A stretch of 24,000 nt of DNA, taken from positions 1,267-25,266 of the forward strand of contig CAZIRN010000004.1 of assembly GCA_964541495.1 (NCBI GenBank), written 5' to 3'. The position numbers and the translations under genes were made by a program. The notes beneath the pieces are model-generated. The model did no database searches. It was not told the origin of the DNA and saw only the letters and a program-made list of their open reading frames with translations. Shown here piece after piece: positions 1 through 8,042 of the stretch (the first letter of the stretch is position 1; every line of letters starts with the position of its first letter). This stretch comes from an uncultured Rikenella sp. (lineage in GTDB: Bacteria > Bacteroidota > Bacteroidia > Bacteroidales > VadinHA17).

Positions 1-1264
1 CGCTTGCATAAAGCTGTTTATTTCCTGCAAGAACGATAGCGTTCGACTTGCTATGCTTCACTATCTTCAAAGCAAAAACAAGGTCGTCATATTCCCTGCT
101 GTCGGGCACTCTCTCTGTCACGGGTTTCATACAGGCCGAATCTTCGGTAACATTATCCCTTTCCTGCCATAAAACGCCGTTAATGACACTTCTGAAAACA
201 TCTGGAGGGAAGCTGAATTTTTTTTGTAGCAATATAATCCTGTTTTTTTTTCGTTTAAGTATCTCTAGCGCTGCAGGCTCATAGCCAGGAGAAATTATTA
301 TCTCAAAAAACAGTTTGTCAATTTCTGCTGTGGTTTTTTCATCTGTAGGCCGGTTACATGCCAGAACACCTCCATAAGCCGAGACAGGGTCACATGCAAG
401 TGCATCTTTCCATGCGTCGAAAATATTGTCTCTTTCGGCAACACCACAGGCATTGGTATGCTTGGTAATTATAAAAGCAGGATTCGAAAATTCACCCGTC
501 AAAGCAAGAGCAGCATCAATATCGAGCAGATTGTTATATGAAATCTCTTTCCCATGAAGCTTGTCGAATACTTCCTCAAGCTTGCCGAAAAATATTCCTT
601 TCTGATGAGGATTTTCTCCATATCTCAAAACAACCGGCGGTTCGAAACTCTCCCTGAAAGCAGAAATATTCTTCTCACGGTTAAAATATTTGAAAATGGC
701 GACATCATATCCCGATGTGATGCTGAAGGCTTCTGCGGCAAATCGCCTCCTTTCTTCCAGTGAGGTATATCCCTTACCGTTTCTGAGCATCTCCGCAAGT
801 CTGCCATATTGTGCTCTTGATGATATAACCAGAACGTCGCTAAAATTTTTTGCGGCAGCGCGTATAAGAGATACACCTCCAATATCTATTTTCTCGATTA
901 TCTCCTCCTCAACTGCAGATAAAGAAACAGTTTCTTCAAACGGATAAAGATCCACAATTACCATATCTATTTCAGGTATATGATAATTTTTCATCTGAAT
1001 AATGTCTTCATCATTATCTCTTCGGGCAAGAATACCTCCAAAAATCAAAGGATGTAATGTTTTCACACGCCCTCCGAGAATTGATGGATAATTTGTTAGT
1101 TTTTCAACAGTTTCAGCAGGTATCCCAAGACTCTTTATGAAATCATACGTTCCTCCTGTAGATATAATTCTGACGCCGAGGCTGTTGAGAATTCCGACAA
1201 TTTCTTCAATCTTCTCCTTATTAAACACTGAAATAAGTGCGGTATTAATTTTCTTTTCTTTCAT
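1..1264 (-). CDS. purH: Bifunctional AICAR transformylase / IMP cyclohydrolase (PurH); N-terminal ~421 aa, C-terminus lies beyond the left edge
   Basis: Missing from the supplied ORF track because it has no in-window stop. Starting from the ATG (complement of 1262-1264), I checked every minus-strand codon down to position 2 and found no stop. The translation begins MKEKKINTALISVFNKEKIEEIV..LGVRIISTGGTYDFIKSLGIP..GGRVKTLHP..VDLYPFEE..IDIGGVSLIRAAAKNF, which is the MGS-like IMP cyclohydrolase half. It continues ..RYGENPHQKG..ISYNNLLDIDAA..KHTNACG, which is the AICAR transformylase half. Confidence 0.93.
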   Translation of the reverse strand, partial: MKEKKINTALISVFNKEKIEEIVGILNSLGVRIISTGGTYDFIKSLGIPAETVEKLTNYPSILGGRVKTLHPLIFGGILARRDNDEDIIQMKNYHIPEIDMVIVDLYPFEETVSLSAVEEEIIEKIDIGGVSLIRAAAKNFSDVLVISSRAQYGRLAEMLRNGKGYTSLEERRRFAAEAFSITSGYDVAIFKYFNREKNISAFRESFEPPVVLRYGENPHQKGIFFGKLEEVFDKLHGKEISYNNLLDIDAALALTGEFSNPAFIITKHTNACGVAERDNIFDAWKDALACDPVSAYGGVLACNRPTDEKTTAEIDKLFFEIIISPGYEPAALEILKRKKNRIILLQKKFSFPPDVFRSVINGVLWQERDNVTEDSACMKPVTERVPDSREYDDLVFALKIVKHSKSNAIVLAGNKQLYAS

Positions 1265-1406
1265 TATCTGAAAATTATGATTGCAAAGCAATATCCTTTG
1301 TAGGCGAATAAAAATAGGTAATTTTTTTATACACTCGTATATCCGATTATTTGTATTTAGTTATTTAGGCAAAAGAATAATAGGTGAAAGTATGAATTAA
1401 ATTTAC

Positions 1407-1414
1407 TAATTTTG
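1407..1414 (+). promoter_or_regulatory. Candidate Bacteroidota sigma-A -7 box (TAATTTTG, exact match to TAnnTTTG) for the permease gene
   Basis: Exact TAnnTTTG match 38 nt upstream of the ATG at 1452. I found no clear TTTG -33 element. The motif is short and the DNA is AT-rich, so a chance hit is possible. Confidence 0.3.
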
Positions 1415-1451
1415 CGTTCTTTACGGAAATATACGACCGAGCGAGAAGGAA

Positions 1452-2714
1452 ATGAAAAATAAGGTAATGTTTCTGAGATTAATCAAGGAAGGAATTGTAT
1501 TTGCTTTCAATTCGATTTCGGTAAACAAGCTAAGAACTTTTCTTACGCTTTTTGGCATTACTATAGGCATAGTTTCCATTATTTCAGTCTTTACCGTTCT
1601 CGACTGGATGGAAAAGTCTATTCGCGACAGCATTTCCACTCTGGGCGAAAATGTAATTTACGTTCAGAAATTCCCATGGTCGTTCGATCCTAACCTTAAC
1701 TGGTGGGATATCGTCAGATGGCCGCCTGTCTCGATTGAAGATTATGAAGCTGTGTCGAACAAATCAACATTTGCGCAATCGGTCTGTTTTACAGTTTTCA
1801 GGCCGGTAATTGTCAAATTTGAAAATAACTCGATAAACAATGCCAATATATTGGCAAGTACAATAGAATATAAGGATATCAGAAACTTTGAAATAGAAAA
1901 AGGCAGATATTTTTCAATATTCGAATCTCAGGCTGGCAAAAATGTAGCCATTCTGGGTGCTGAAATTGCATCTCGACTTTTTGAAAACAGGGAGCCTGTC
2001 GGCAAGGAAATTATAATCGCCGGCTTTAAAACAACTGTAATAGGTGTCATGAAAAAGGAGGGTAAAGGTGGTATAAGTGATAGCGGCATGGATGAAATAA
2101 CGCTTGTTCCGCTAAATTTTGCAAAGTCATTTATCAATTTACGCAGACGATCGGCCGAAACTCAGATTATGATAAAAGCAAGGCCAGAAGTGCCTATTGA
2201 AGAACTTTCAGATGAAGTTACAATGATACTTAGAATGTCGAGGCGACTCAAACCCGGAGAAGTATCCGACTTTTCAGTCAACAGGGCAAGCCTGCTTACT
2301 CAGGGGTTCAATGCTGTGTTTGCAGGAATCAATGCAGGAGGATGGCTTATCGGCGGGTTTGCTATACTTGTTGGCGGATTCGGCATTGCAAATATTATGT
2401 TCGTTTCGGTAAGGGAAAGAACGAATATTATAGGAATACAGAAAGCTCTTGGGGCAAAACGGTTCTTTATACTTCTGCAATTCCTTTCGGAATCGGTTAT
2501 GTTGTCGCTGCTCGGAGGTATTTTAGGCTTGTTTTTTGTTTTTCTTGGGACACTTGTCGTTAATTATCTTTATGAAATGAACATGTTTCTGACTTTAGGA
2601 AACATACTTCTGGGAATTCTTATTTCCGGCATTATAGGAGTAGTGGCAGGGTATGCTCCTGCTTATGCGGCGGCAAAGATGAATCCGGTTGACGCAATCG
2701 GATATTCATTCTAA
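1452..2714 (+). CDS. ABC transporter permease, MacB/FtsX family (periplasmic MacB_PCD-like domain plus C-terminal FtsX 4-TM domain)
   Basis: 420-aa ORF with an ATG start. The N-terminus NSISVNKLRTFLTLFGITIGIVSIISV matches the typical MacB TM1. It is followed by a ~230-aa soluble domain and then a C-terminal FtsX-type region (GGFGIANIMFVSVRERTNIIGIQKALGAKRFFILLQFLSESVMLSLLGG..AAAKMNPVDAI). Confidence 0.85.
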   Translation: MKNKVMFLRLIKEGIVFAFNSISVNKLRTFLTLFGITIGIVSIISVFTVLDWMEKSIRDSISTLGENVIYVQKFPWSFDPNLNWWDIVRWPPVSIEDYEAVSNKSTFAQSVCFTVFRPVIVKFENNSINNANILASTIEYKDIRNFEIEKGRYFSIFESQAGKNVAILGAEIASRLFENREPVGKEIIIAGFKTTVIGVMKKEGKGGISDSGMDEITLVPLNFAKSFINLRRRSAETQIMIKARPEVPIEELSDEVTMILRMSRRLKPGEVSDFSVNRASLLTQGFNAVFAGINAGGWLIGGFAILVGGFGIANIMFVSVRERTNIIGIQKALGAKRFFILLQFLSESVMLSLLGGILGLFFVFLGTLVVNYLYEMNMFLTLGNILLGILISGIIGVVAGYAPAYAAAKMNPVDAIGYSF

Positions 2715-3485
2715 TGTTAAGTTTTCCGAGATCCAGCGCGTTAGACTTATAAATTGCTCAACATTAAGCTGTTCCGGACGTAAATGTAATAACGGATTCT
2801 CTTCAGAACTCAGTTTGAAAGCCGAGTTCAACGAGTTACGAAGCATTTTCCTCCGTTGATTGAATGATGACTTAACAACCCTGAAGAAGAGTTCCTCATC
2901 ACAGTTAAGATGTTCGACATTGTTTCTTCTCATCCTTATTACTGCCGATTTGACTTTGGGAGGTGGGAAAAAAACTTTCTCGGAAACTGTGAAAAGATAT
3001 TCGACATTGTAGAATGCCTGAATAAGCACACTTATTATGCCGTATGTTTTAGAACCAGGAACGACACATAACCGCTGTGCCACCTCACGCTGGAACATTC
3101 CTGTCAGTTCAATCACTTTGTCCCTGTATCTGAGTACCTTGAAAAGTATCGGAGCAGATATGTTATATGGAAAATTCCCTGTTATGGCAAGCGTGCCTGG
3201 AAAAAGCTTTTCCAGGTCAAGCTCAAGAAAATCACCTTCAATTATATTACAATAGCTGCCAAGATCATTTCTAAGATATTCAACAAGATTTCTGTCAATC
3301 TCAACAACACGGAAATCTTTAAATCCTCTCTTAATAAGAGGCCTTGTCAGAACACCGGTTGCAGGACCGATTTCGAGAACCGAATCGCAGCCCTCGGCCA
3401 GCAAAGATCCGACTATTCTGTTAGCTATGCCGTTATTTTTAAGGAAATGCTGTCCAAGGCTTTTTTTGGGTCGTATTCCGTTCAT
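2706..3485 (-). CDS. rsmA: 16S rRNA (adenine1518-N6/adenine1519-N6)-dimethyltransferase RsmA/KsgA
   Basis: KKSLGQHFLKN near the N-terminus, the SAM-binding motif VLEIGPATGVLT, NFPYNISAPILFK, and FFPPPKVKSAV. The track ORF begins at a TTG (3524). I prefer the in-frame ATG at 3485 (MNGIRPKKSLGQHFL), which matches the usual KsgA N-terminus and removes the overlap with the upstream gene. Confidence 0.9.
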   Translation of the reverse strand: MNGIRPKKSLGQHFLKNNGIANRIVGSLLAEGCDSVLEIGPATGVLTRPLIKRGFKDFRVVEIDRNLVEYLRNDLGSYCNIIEGDFLELDLEKLFPGTLAITGNFPYNISAPILFKVLRYRDKVIELTGMFQREVAQRLCVVPGSKTYGIISVLIQAFYNVEYLFTVSEKVFFPPPKVKSAVIRMRRNNVEHLNCDEELFFRVVKSSFNQRRKMLRNSLNSAFKLSSEENPLLHLRPEQLNVEQFISLTRWISENLTLE

Positions 3486-3513
3486 TGAAAGGTTGATTGA
3501 ATTAAAATATATT

Positions 3514-6500
3514 TTATCTTTCAATAAGATGCCTGCCGAACTTTTTCAGGAAAGGAAATCTCCTGATCTCAAGGTAATGAATGAAAATATAAAGCAGGTT
3601 GTAATAAAGAGTTATGAAAAAAACAAATGACATCAGCCAGATAGCAATTAAATCAAAAAACAAAGTATCAATTTTAAGATTACCAATCTGCTTATATGGA
3701 GCAAAAAAATGTGCTCTCCCGTAATTTGAAGTAGGTTTCATATATATAGGAGTGGACTTTTGCACAAAATGATCTTTATTAACTACATATTTTTTTTCAG
3801 AAAGTAATTCAGTCTGGTTAAGCACAATATCCGCAAGCCTTATATTATTATATGCATTTGCAAACTCCTCCTCACTCATGTTTTTTATCTCTTCAGCTAA
3901 TCTCTTTTCAGCCTCAAGCTTAAGCCTGAAATAATATTTGTTCTCGTCAATAAAATATTTCTTAACACCGTCAAAAAACAGATTTACTGAATCAGCTGTT
4001 CTTTCGTCGAACCCTTCATTACTAATCATGGTGGTCCAGCTACCGGGAGTAATTCCTGAAATTCCGGCAAGCTGGTTTATGTGATACTTCAGAATTTCAA
4101 GTTTATTTTCAATTACATCCTTCTGCTCCTTGCCTTTACGTTGTAAAACAAAATTTATAACCTCATTTTTAAGGTTTTTGATAAGTTCATCTTTATAATA
4201 GTTATTCTGTTCGATTTCAAGATTATATTTAAAAACAGGCTTATTGTATCTGTTTCCTTTGAATCCTTCGACCATTTCAGCCTCGTACGACCACCTGGTA
4301 GCCATAAGATCGCCGAGAACCGGTACATATTCCTTATTTGTGAGCGACGGGTGTAAGTCGTCGAATTGTATCATTGCACCTCCCAGAAGTAACTGGGGAA
4401 CAAGAATCAATGGTATAAAAATATAGATGCTGACAACCGTTCTCAATCCTGCCGATAAATTCAATCCCAGAAGGTTTCCATAACATGCCGTAGTAAAGAA
4501 AATGAGCCATTGCTGCCAGAACATACCCCTTATTTCCAGAACTAGGCTTGAAACGGCAACAAAAAGCAGGGATTGTATGGCAGAAAGAATAAACAGGTAA
4601 TTAAGTTTTGAAATAAGATAACTCAACCTGCTTATATTCAGAAATTTTTCACGGAGAAGTATTTTCCTGTCCCTGAATATTTCCTCTGCACTTACCATAA
4701 GACCAAGGAAAAGTGCAACAACCACTTCCATAAAAAGAAAGACAGGATAATTTTTGTTGTCGGCAAATGTATAACTGCTGCCGGAAACGTATTTCGAAAA
4801 ATATCCGAGTATAAATGCAAGCACGGGTGACTCCAGCAGATTTAAGGCAACATATTGTCTGTCAACAATTTTCCTCAGAAAATTCCGTTTGATAAATGTT
4901 TTTATCTGATACAGCTTACCGGGGATTTTAAAGTTGCTTGCAGGAAGAGGGTTTTTTGAAGGAGTTCCTGCAAGCTGAGGCATCATTTTGCGTTTATATT
5001 TCTCGTACCACTCTAAAGGTGATACCTGCCGTTCTTTACCTGGATAACCATTTTCATCAATAACCTTTACTTCAATTATCTGAAGAATATTATCAGTATC
5101 TATATTTCCACAGTTTGGACATTCACTTTCTGCAGCATTAGCCTGAGAGGTTTCAGTTTTCAGATAAACAAGAGCTTCAATTGGATCCCCGTCATAAACC
5201 ATATAACCTCCCTTGTCGAGTATCCATAGTGTGTCAAAAAGCTTCAGGATATCCGACGAGGGCTGGTGTATGTTTACAACTACAAGCTTTCCCGAAAGGG
5301 CATGTTTTCTCAGAATTTCCATCACATTATGGGAGTCGTGCGACGATAGTCCTGAAGTTGGTTCATCAACAAACAGAACTGCAGGCTCTCTCATTAGTTC
5401 AAGGCCTATGTTGAGTCTCTTACGCTGACCTCCACTGATTTTTTTATCGAGAACATCACCCACCTGAAGGTCTTTAATTTCAAGTAGTTCAAGATTGGAG
5501 AGAATCTTTTCAACAAGTTCATTTAGCTGTTGTTCGTTATAATCACCGAAACAAAGTCTTGCATTAAAATAGAGATTCTGGTAAACTGTTAGTTCTTCAA
5601 GCAGAAGATCATCCTGCGGTACATAACCAATCAAACCCTTTAAGCTTTCTGCCTCTTTATGGAGATCATAACCGTTAATATAGATATTGCCTTTATCAGG
5701 TTTTATTTTACCATGCAGCACATCAAGAAGAGTGGTTTTACCCACACCGCTACTCCCCATTATTCCAACAAGGTTGCCCGATTCAAGTCTGAAATTCAAT
5801 GGTTTTACGCCATTATCCGAATTTTTGAATCTGAATTCAATATTATGACCTTCAAAACTAATTTTTTCGCGAAAATTTTCTATAAGAAAAGCCTTATATA
5901 CTTTAGAATAATAGACAGGTTCAATACCGGGACCTTTAATGTTTACTCCTCTTTCGAGAAGGTAAGGACGGTATGCAATTATATCTCTGCCCCTGAAATA
6001 TAAAGGCAGAGGGCCGTCGTATATAAGAATCAGGGAACCTGTGCTCTCTATATGAAGAACATACAAGCTTCCTTTAAAACCTTTAATATACAAATGCTTC
6101 CACTGATCATAATTTTCATAGCCTGAATTTGTTCTGTACTGAGGATTATCACTTTCAATCACCAGCATACAATCAGGTGATACTTTGTCAAACTGCCCGC
6201 CAATCATGAATGCAAAGGCATTATTGTACTCTTTTCGACTTATATTGAATGAACGTGCAACTATATCAATGATATTTTCTTCCTGCTTTGTAATCTGGCC
6301 ATCTTCAAAAGTAAATTCAAGAAGTTGAATAAATACAACCATTCTCTCTTCAATGAAGAGTCCTTTTTTAATCTGACGGCATATATTTGTAATCTGGAAT
6401 GTAATCAGTGAATTCTCATCATCAAGTTCATTCCGGTCGAGATTCTTAAGTTCGTTCGAATAAAATTCAAGATTATTCTCAAACAATGAAAAATATTCTT

Positions 6501-6636
6501 CCTCGAGCTCTCTGTTCAGATATCTTCTCAGATAGCTTCTAAGAATCTTTTTCCCGCGGCTGGATACTCCTCCCGGATTAACAGTTGAGATGATTGCGAA
6601 GATATGTACCAGCGCAAGTAATACTGATTCCCTCAT
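3514..6636 (-). CDS. ABC transporter ATP-binding/permease fusion, ABCG/ABC-2-like half-transporter with an N-terminal TerB-like helical module and a large insertion before the last TM helix
   Basis: 1040-aa ORF with an ATG start. Motifs found:
- Walker A GSSGVGKT (nt 5734-5757)
- ABC signature SGGQRKR (nt 5416-5436)
- Walker B LFVDEPTSGLS
- IHQPS H-loop region
The NBD precedes a hydrophobic ABC-2-type membrane domain (aa ~590-757), and one further TM helix lies at aa ~991-1020. The stop is 28 nt upstream of the rsmA ATG on the same strand. Confidence 0.85.
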   Translation of the reverse strand: MRESVLLALVHIFAIISTVNPGGVSSRGKKILRSYLRRYLNRELEEEYFSLFENNLEFYSNELKNLDRNELDDENSLITFQITNICRQIKKGLFIEERMVVFIQLLEFTFEDGQITKQEENIIDIVARSFNISRKEYNNAFAFMIGGQFDKVSPDCMLVIESDNPQYRTNSGYENYDQWKHLYIKGFKGSLYVLHIESTGSLILIYDGPLPLYFRGRDIIAYRPYLLERGVNIKGPGIEPVYYSKVYKAFLIENFREKISFEGHNIEFRFKNSDNGVKPLNFRLESGNLVGIMGSSGVGKTTLLDVLHGKIKPDKGNIYINGYDLHKEAESLKGLIGYVPQDDLLLEELTVYQNLYFNARLCFGDYNEQQLNELVEKILSNLELLEIKDLQVGDVLDKKISGGQRKRLNIGLELMREPAVLFVDEPTSGLSSHDSHNVMEILRKHALSGKLVVVNIHQPSSDILKLFDTLWILDKGGYMVYDGDPIEALVYLKTETSQANAAESECPNCGNIDTDNILQIIEVKVIDENGYPGKERQVSPLEWYEKYKRKMMPQLAGTPSKNPLPASNFKIPGKLYQIKTFIKRNFLRKIVDRQYVALNLLESPVLAFILGYFSKYVSGSSYTFADNKNYPVFLFMEVVVALFLGLMVSAEEIFRDRKILLREKFLNISRLSYLISKLNYLFILSAIQSLLFVAVSSLVLEIRGMFWQQWLIFFTTACYGNLLGLNLSAGLRTVVSIYIFIPLILVPQLLLGGAMIQFDDLHPSLTNKEYVPVLGDLMATRWSYEAEMVEGFKGNRYNKPVFKYNLEIEQNNYYKDELIKNLKNEVINFVLQRKGKEQKDVIENKLEILKYHINQLAGISGITPGSWTTMISNEGFDERTADSVNLFFDGVKKYFIDENKYYFRLKLEAEKRLAEEIKNMSEEEFANAYNNIRLADIVLNQTELLSEKKYVVNKDHFVQKSTPIYMKPTSNYGRAHFFAPYKQIGNLKIDTLFFDLIAIWLMSFVFFITLYYNLLYIFIHYLEIRRFPFLKKFGRHLIER

Positions 6637-6760
6637 CTAAGCAAATTTGAATGGAAACAGATTAAAAACCCTTTCTATTTCAGATTCAGGTAAATTTTAA
6701 TATAACTTTATGCCGGTATCTGTAATGACACAGTAATACTTCATTTCAGAAGGCCGGATA

Positions 6761-7585
6761 TTAAATAATCTTCTCCCTTATCAGGGTTATAGCAGCAGTA
6801 ATATCCATTATATCTTGTTCCGTAAGACTTGTTGATAATCTCTCATACACCTTTTTCATTGGTTCGAGCAATTTAAGAAAATCTTTTATCATCGGATCAT
6901 CCGCATAAGGCTGGGTTATATCAAGATATAGTTCGAAGGATTTTTTCTGTTCGAGCAGAACTTTTGAAATACCTGCAACATGATAAGCCACTTCCGAAAC
7001 ATGAGTTGTCAGGTACATGCCTTCCACCCATGCTCCTCCCACAACAAGCAACGCAAGATTTTGCTGCTCGTTCTCGCTTAGATATTTATAAGTCTCATTA
7101 AACGCATCTGTAAGCAGTTTTACCAGCTTGTCCCTGTCGTCGAAATAAATTTTGATACTGTCGTAAAGCCGTTCATCATAAATTCTTGCCATATTAAGGT
7201 CATTCGCCAGCAATCTCAAAGCTTCCAGGTATTCCTGTACATTCTGCTGTATATTATAAAGTGTGACATAACTTAAATCAGCACCATATACACCCATATT
7301 CAATGCTTTTTTGTCACTTTTGATGTATTTTTTTGCATTCGAAGCCGGATTGGTTATTCCTATCATATAGCCCACCTCAAGATCGGTAAGCATTTTTATC
7401 ACTTCAGCCGAAGTAGGCAGAGGGTAAACATTCTTTTCAATTTCCTTTTTGATAGTCTCAACCTCTTCAGTTTCTTTTTCTATTCTTGCCTTCTTTTCCT
7501 TAGTAGTCTTGTTCTTGCATGAAGTAGTGCTCGCGATGCAAACAACCAGCAACATCGTTATTGCAATTAAGGTAACTTTTTTCAT
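6761..7585 (-). CDS. Hypothetical lipoprotein, predicted all-helical, family not recognised
   Basis: 274-aa ORF with an ATG start. The N-terminus MKKVTLIAITMLLVVCIASTTSCKNK has a signal peptide plus a lipobox-like Cys. A Lys/Glu-rich linker follows, then a helical body. It lies on the same strand as the large ABC gene, 124 nt upstream of it. Confidence 0.7.
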   Translation of the reverse strand: MKKVTLIAITMLLVVCIASTTSCKNKTTKEKKARIEKETEEVETIKKEIEKNVYPLPTSAEVIKMLTDLEVGYMIGITNPASNAKKYIKSDKKALNMGVYGADLSYVTLYNIQQNVQEYLEALRLLANDLNMARIYDERLYDSIKIYFDDRDKLVKLLTDAFNETYKYLSENEQQNLALLVVGGAWVEGMYLTTHVSEVAYHVAGISKVLLEQKKSFELYLDITQPYADDPMIKDFLKLLEPMKKVYERLSTSLTEQDIMDITAAITLIREKII

Positions 7586-8013
7586 TTTTAATTATATTAA
7601 TTTTAATCTTATTAAATTGGGTATAAAAATAAGAAAATATATTTTACTAATTCCTGGTTATATATTAATTTAATTGTAACAGCTTATTAAATTTAGTTTT
7701 AACAGGGAACGAATAAGCAGTAATGGTATTTCTTTTATTGATAATATGTGAGATTGATAGCAAGTAAAATTTCTTATCTTCAGCAAGTAATTTCATTCAT
7801 GAATGACAGGGACAAAAATTATATTGTTTATTCAGTTAAAAAATTATTGACGCAGAAAATTTTTTAATTCCGGCAGGATATAAAAGGATTACAACGAATG
7901 TAATGATATATGAGAAGATATGACTTAAATTAAGTTTCAATGGTTAAAATTGTCAAAATTTGAACTTAATAATTAACAGGTTAGTTGTATAATTGTTAAT
8001 TTCTGAATAACTT

Positions 8014-8021
8014 TACATTTG
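8014..8021 (+). promoter_or_regulatory. Candidate -7 box TACATTTG (exact TAnnTTTG) for the usp gene
   Basis: Exact match 22 nt upstream of the ATG at 8043. It overlaps the TTG that the ORF track used as a start, which argues that the ATG at 8043 is the real start. Confidence 0.35.
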
Positions 8022-8042
8022 AATTTAAAATCCAACAAAGAT

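Noticed and set aside
48-947. Four short track ORFs (48-284, 554-763, 625-882, 690-947)
   Set aside because: All lie inside the uninterrupted purH reading frame on the minus strand, either in other frames or antisense. PurH explains the whole region.
3486-3524. TTG or other non-ATG extended N-termini in the ORF track (rsmA 3524, usp 8019, GH38 16199, fba 19656)
   Set aside because: In each case an in-frame ATG a few codons downstream gives an N-terminus matching the family (KsgA KKSLGQHFL spacing, GH38 signal peptide, and so on). The extra residues look like translated leader sequence.
5107-5124. ECPNCG in the ABC protein as a zinc-ribbon
   Set aside because: Only one CxxC pair is present, with no second Cys/His pair nearby, so a zinc-binding module is not supported.
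4244-6003. Plus-strand ORFs of 60-114 aa inside the large ABC gene (4244-4426, 5181-5428, 5659-6003)
   Set aside because: They are antisense to a CDS with complete Walker A, signature and Walker B motifs, and they have no motifs of their own.
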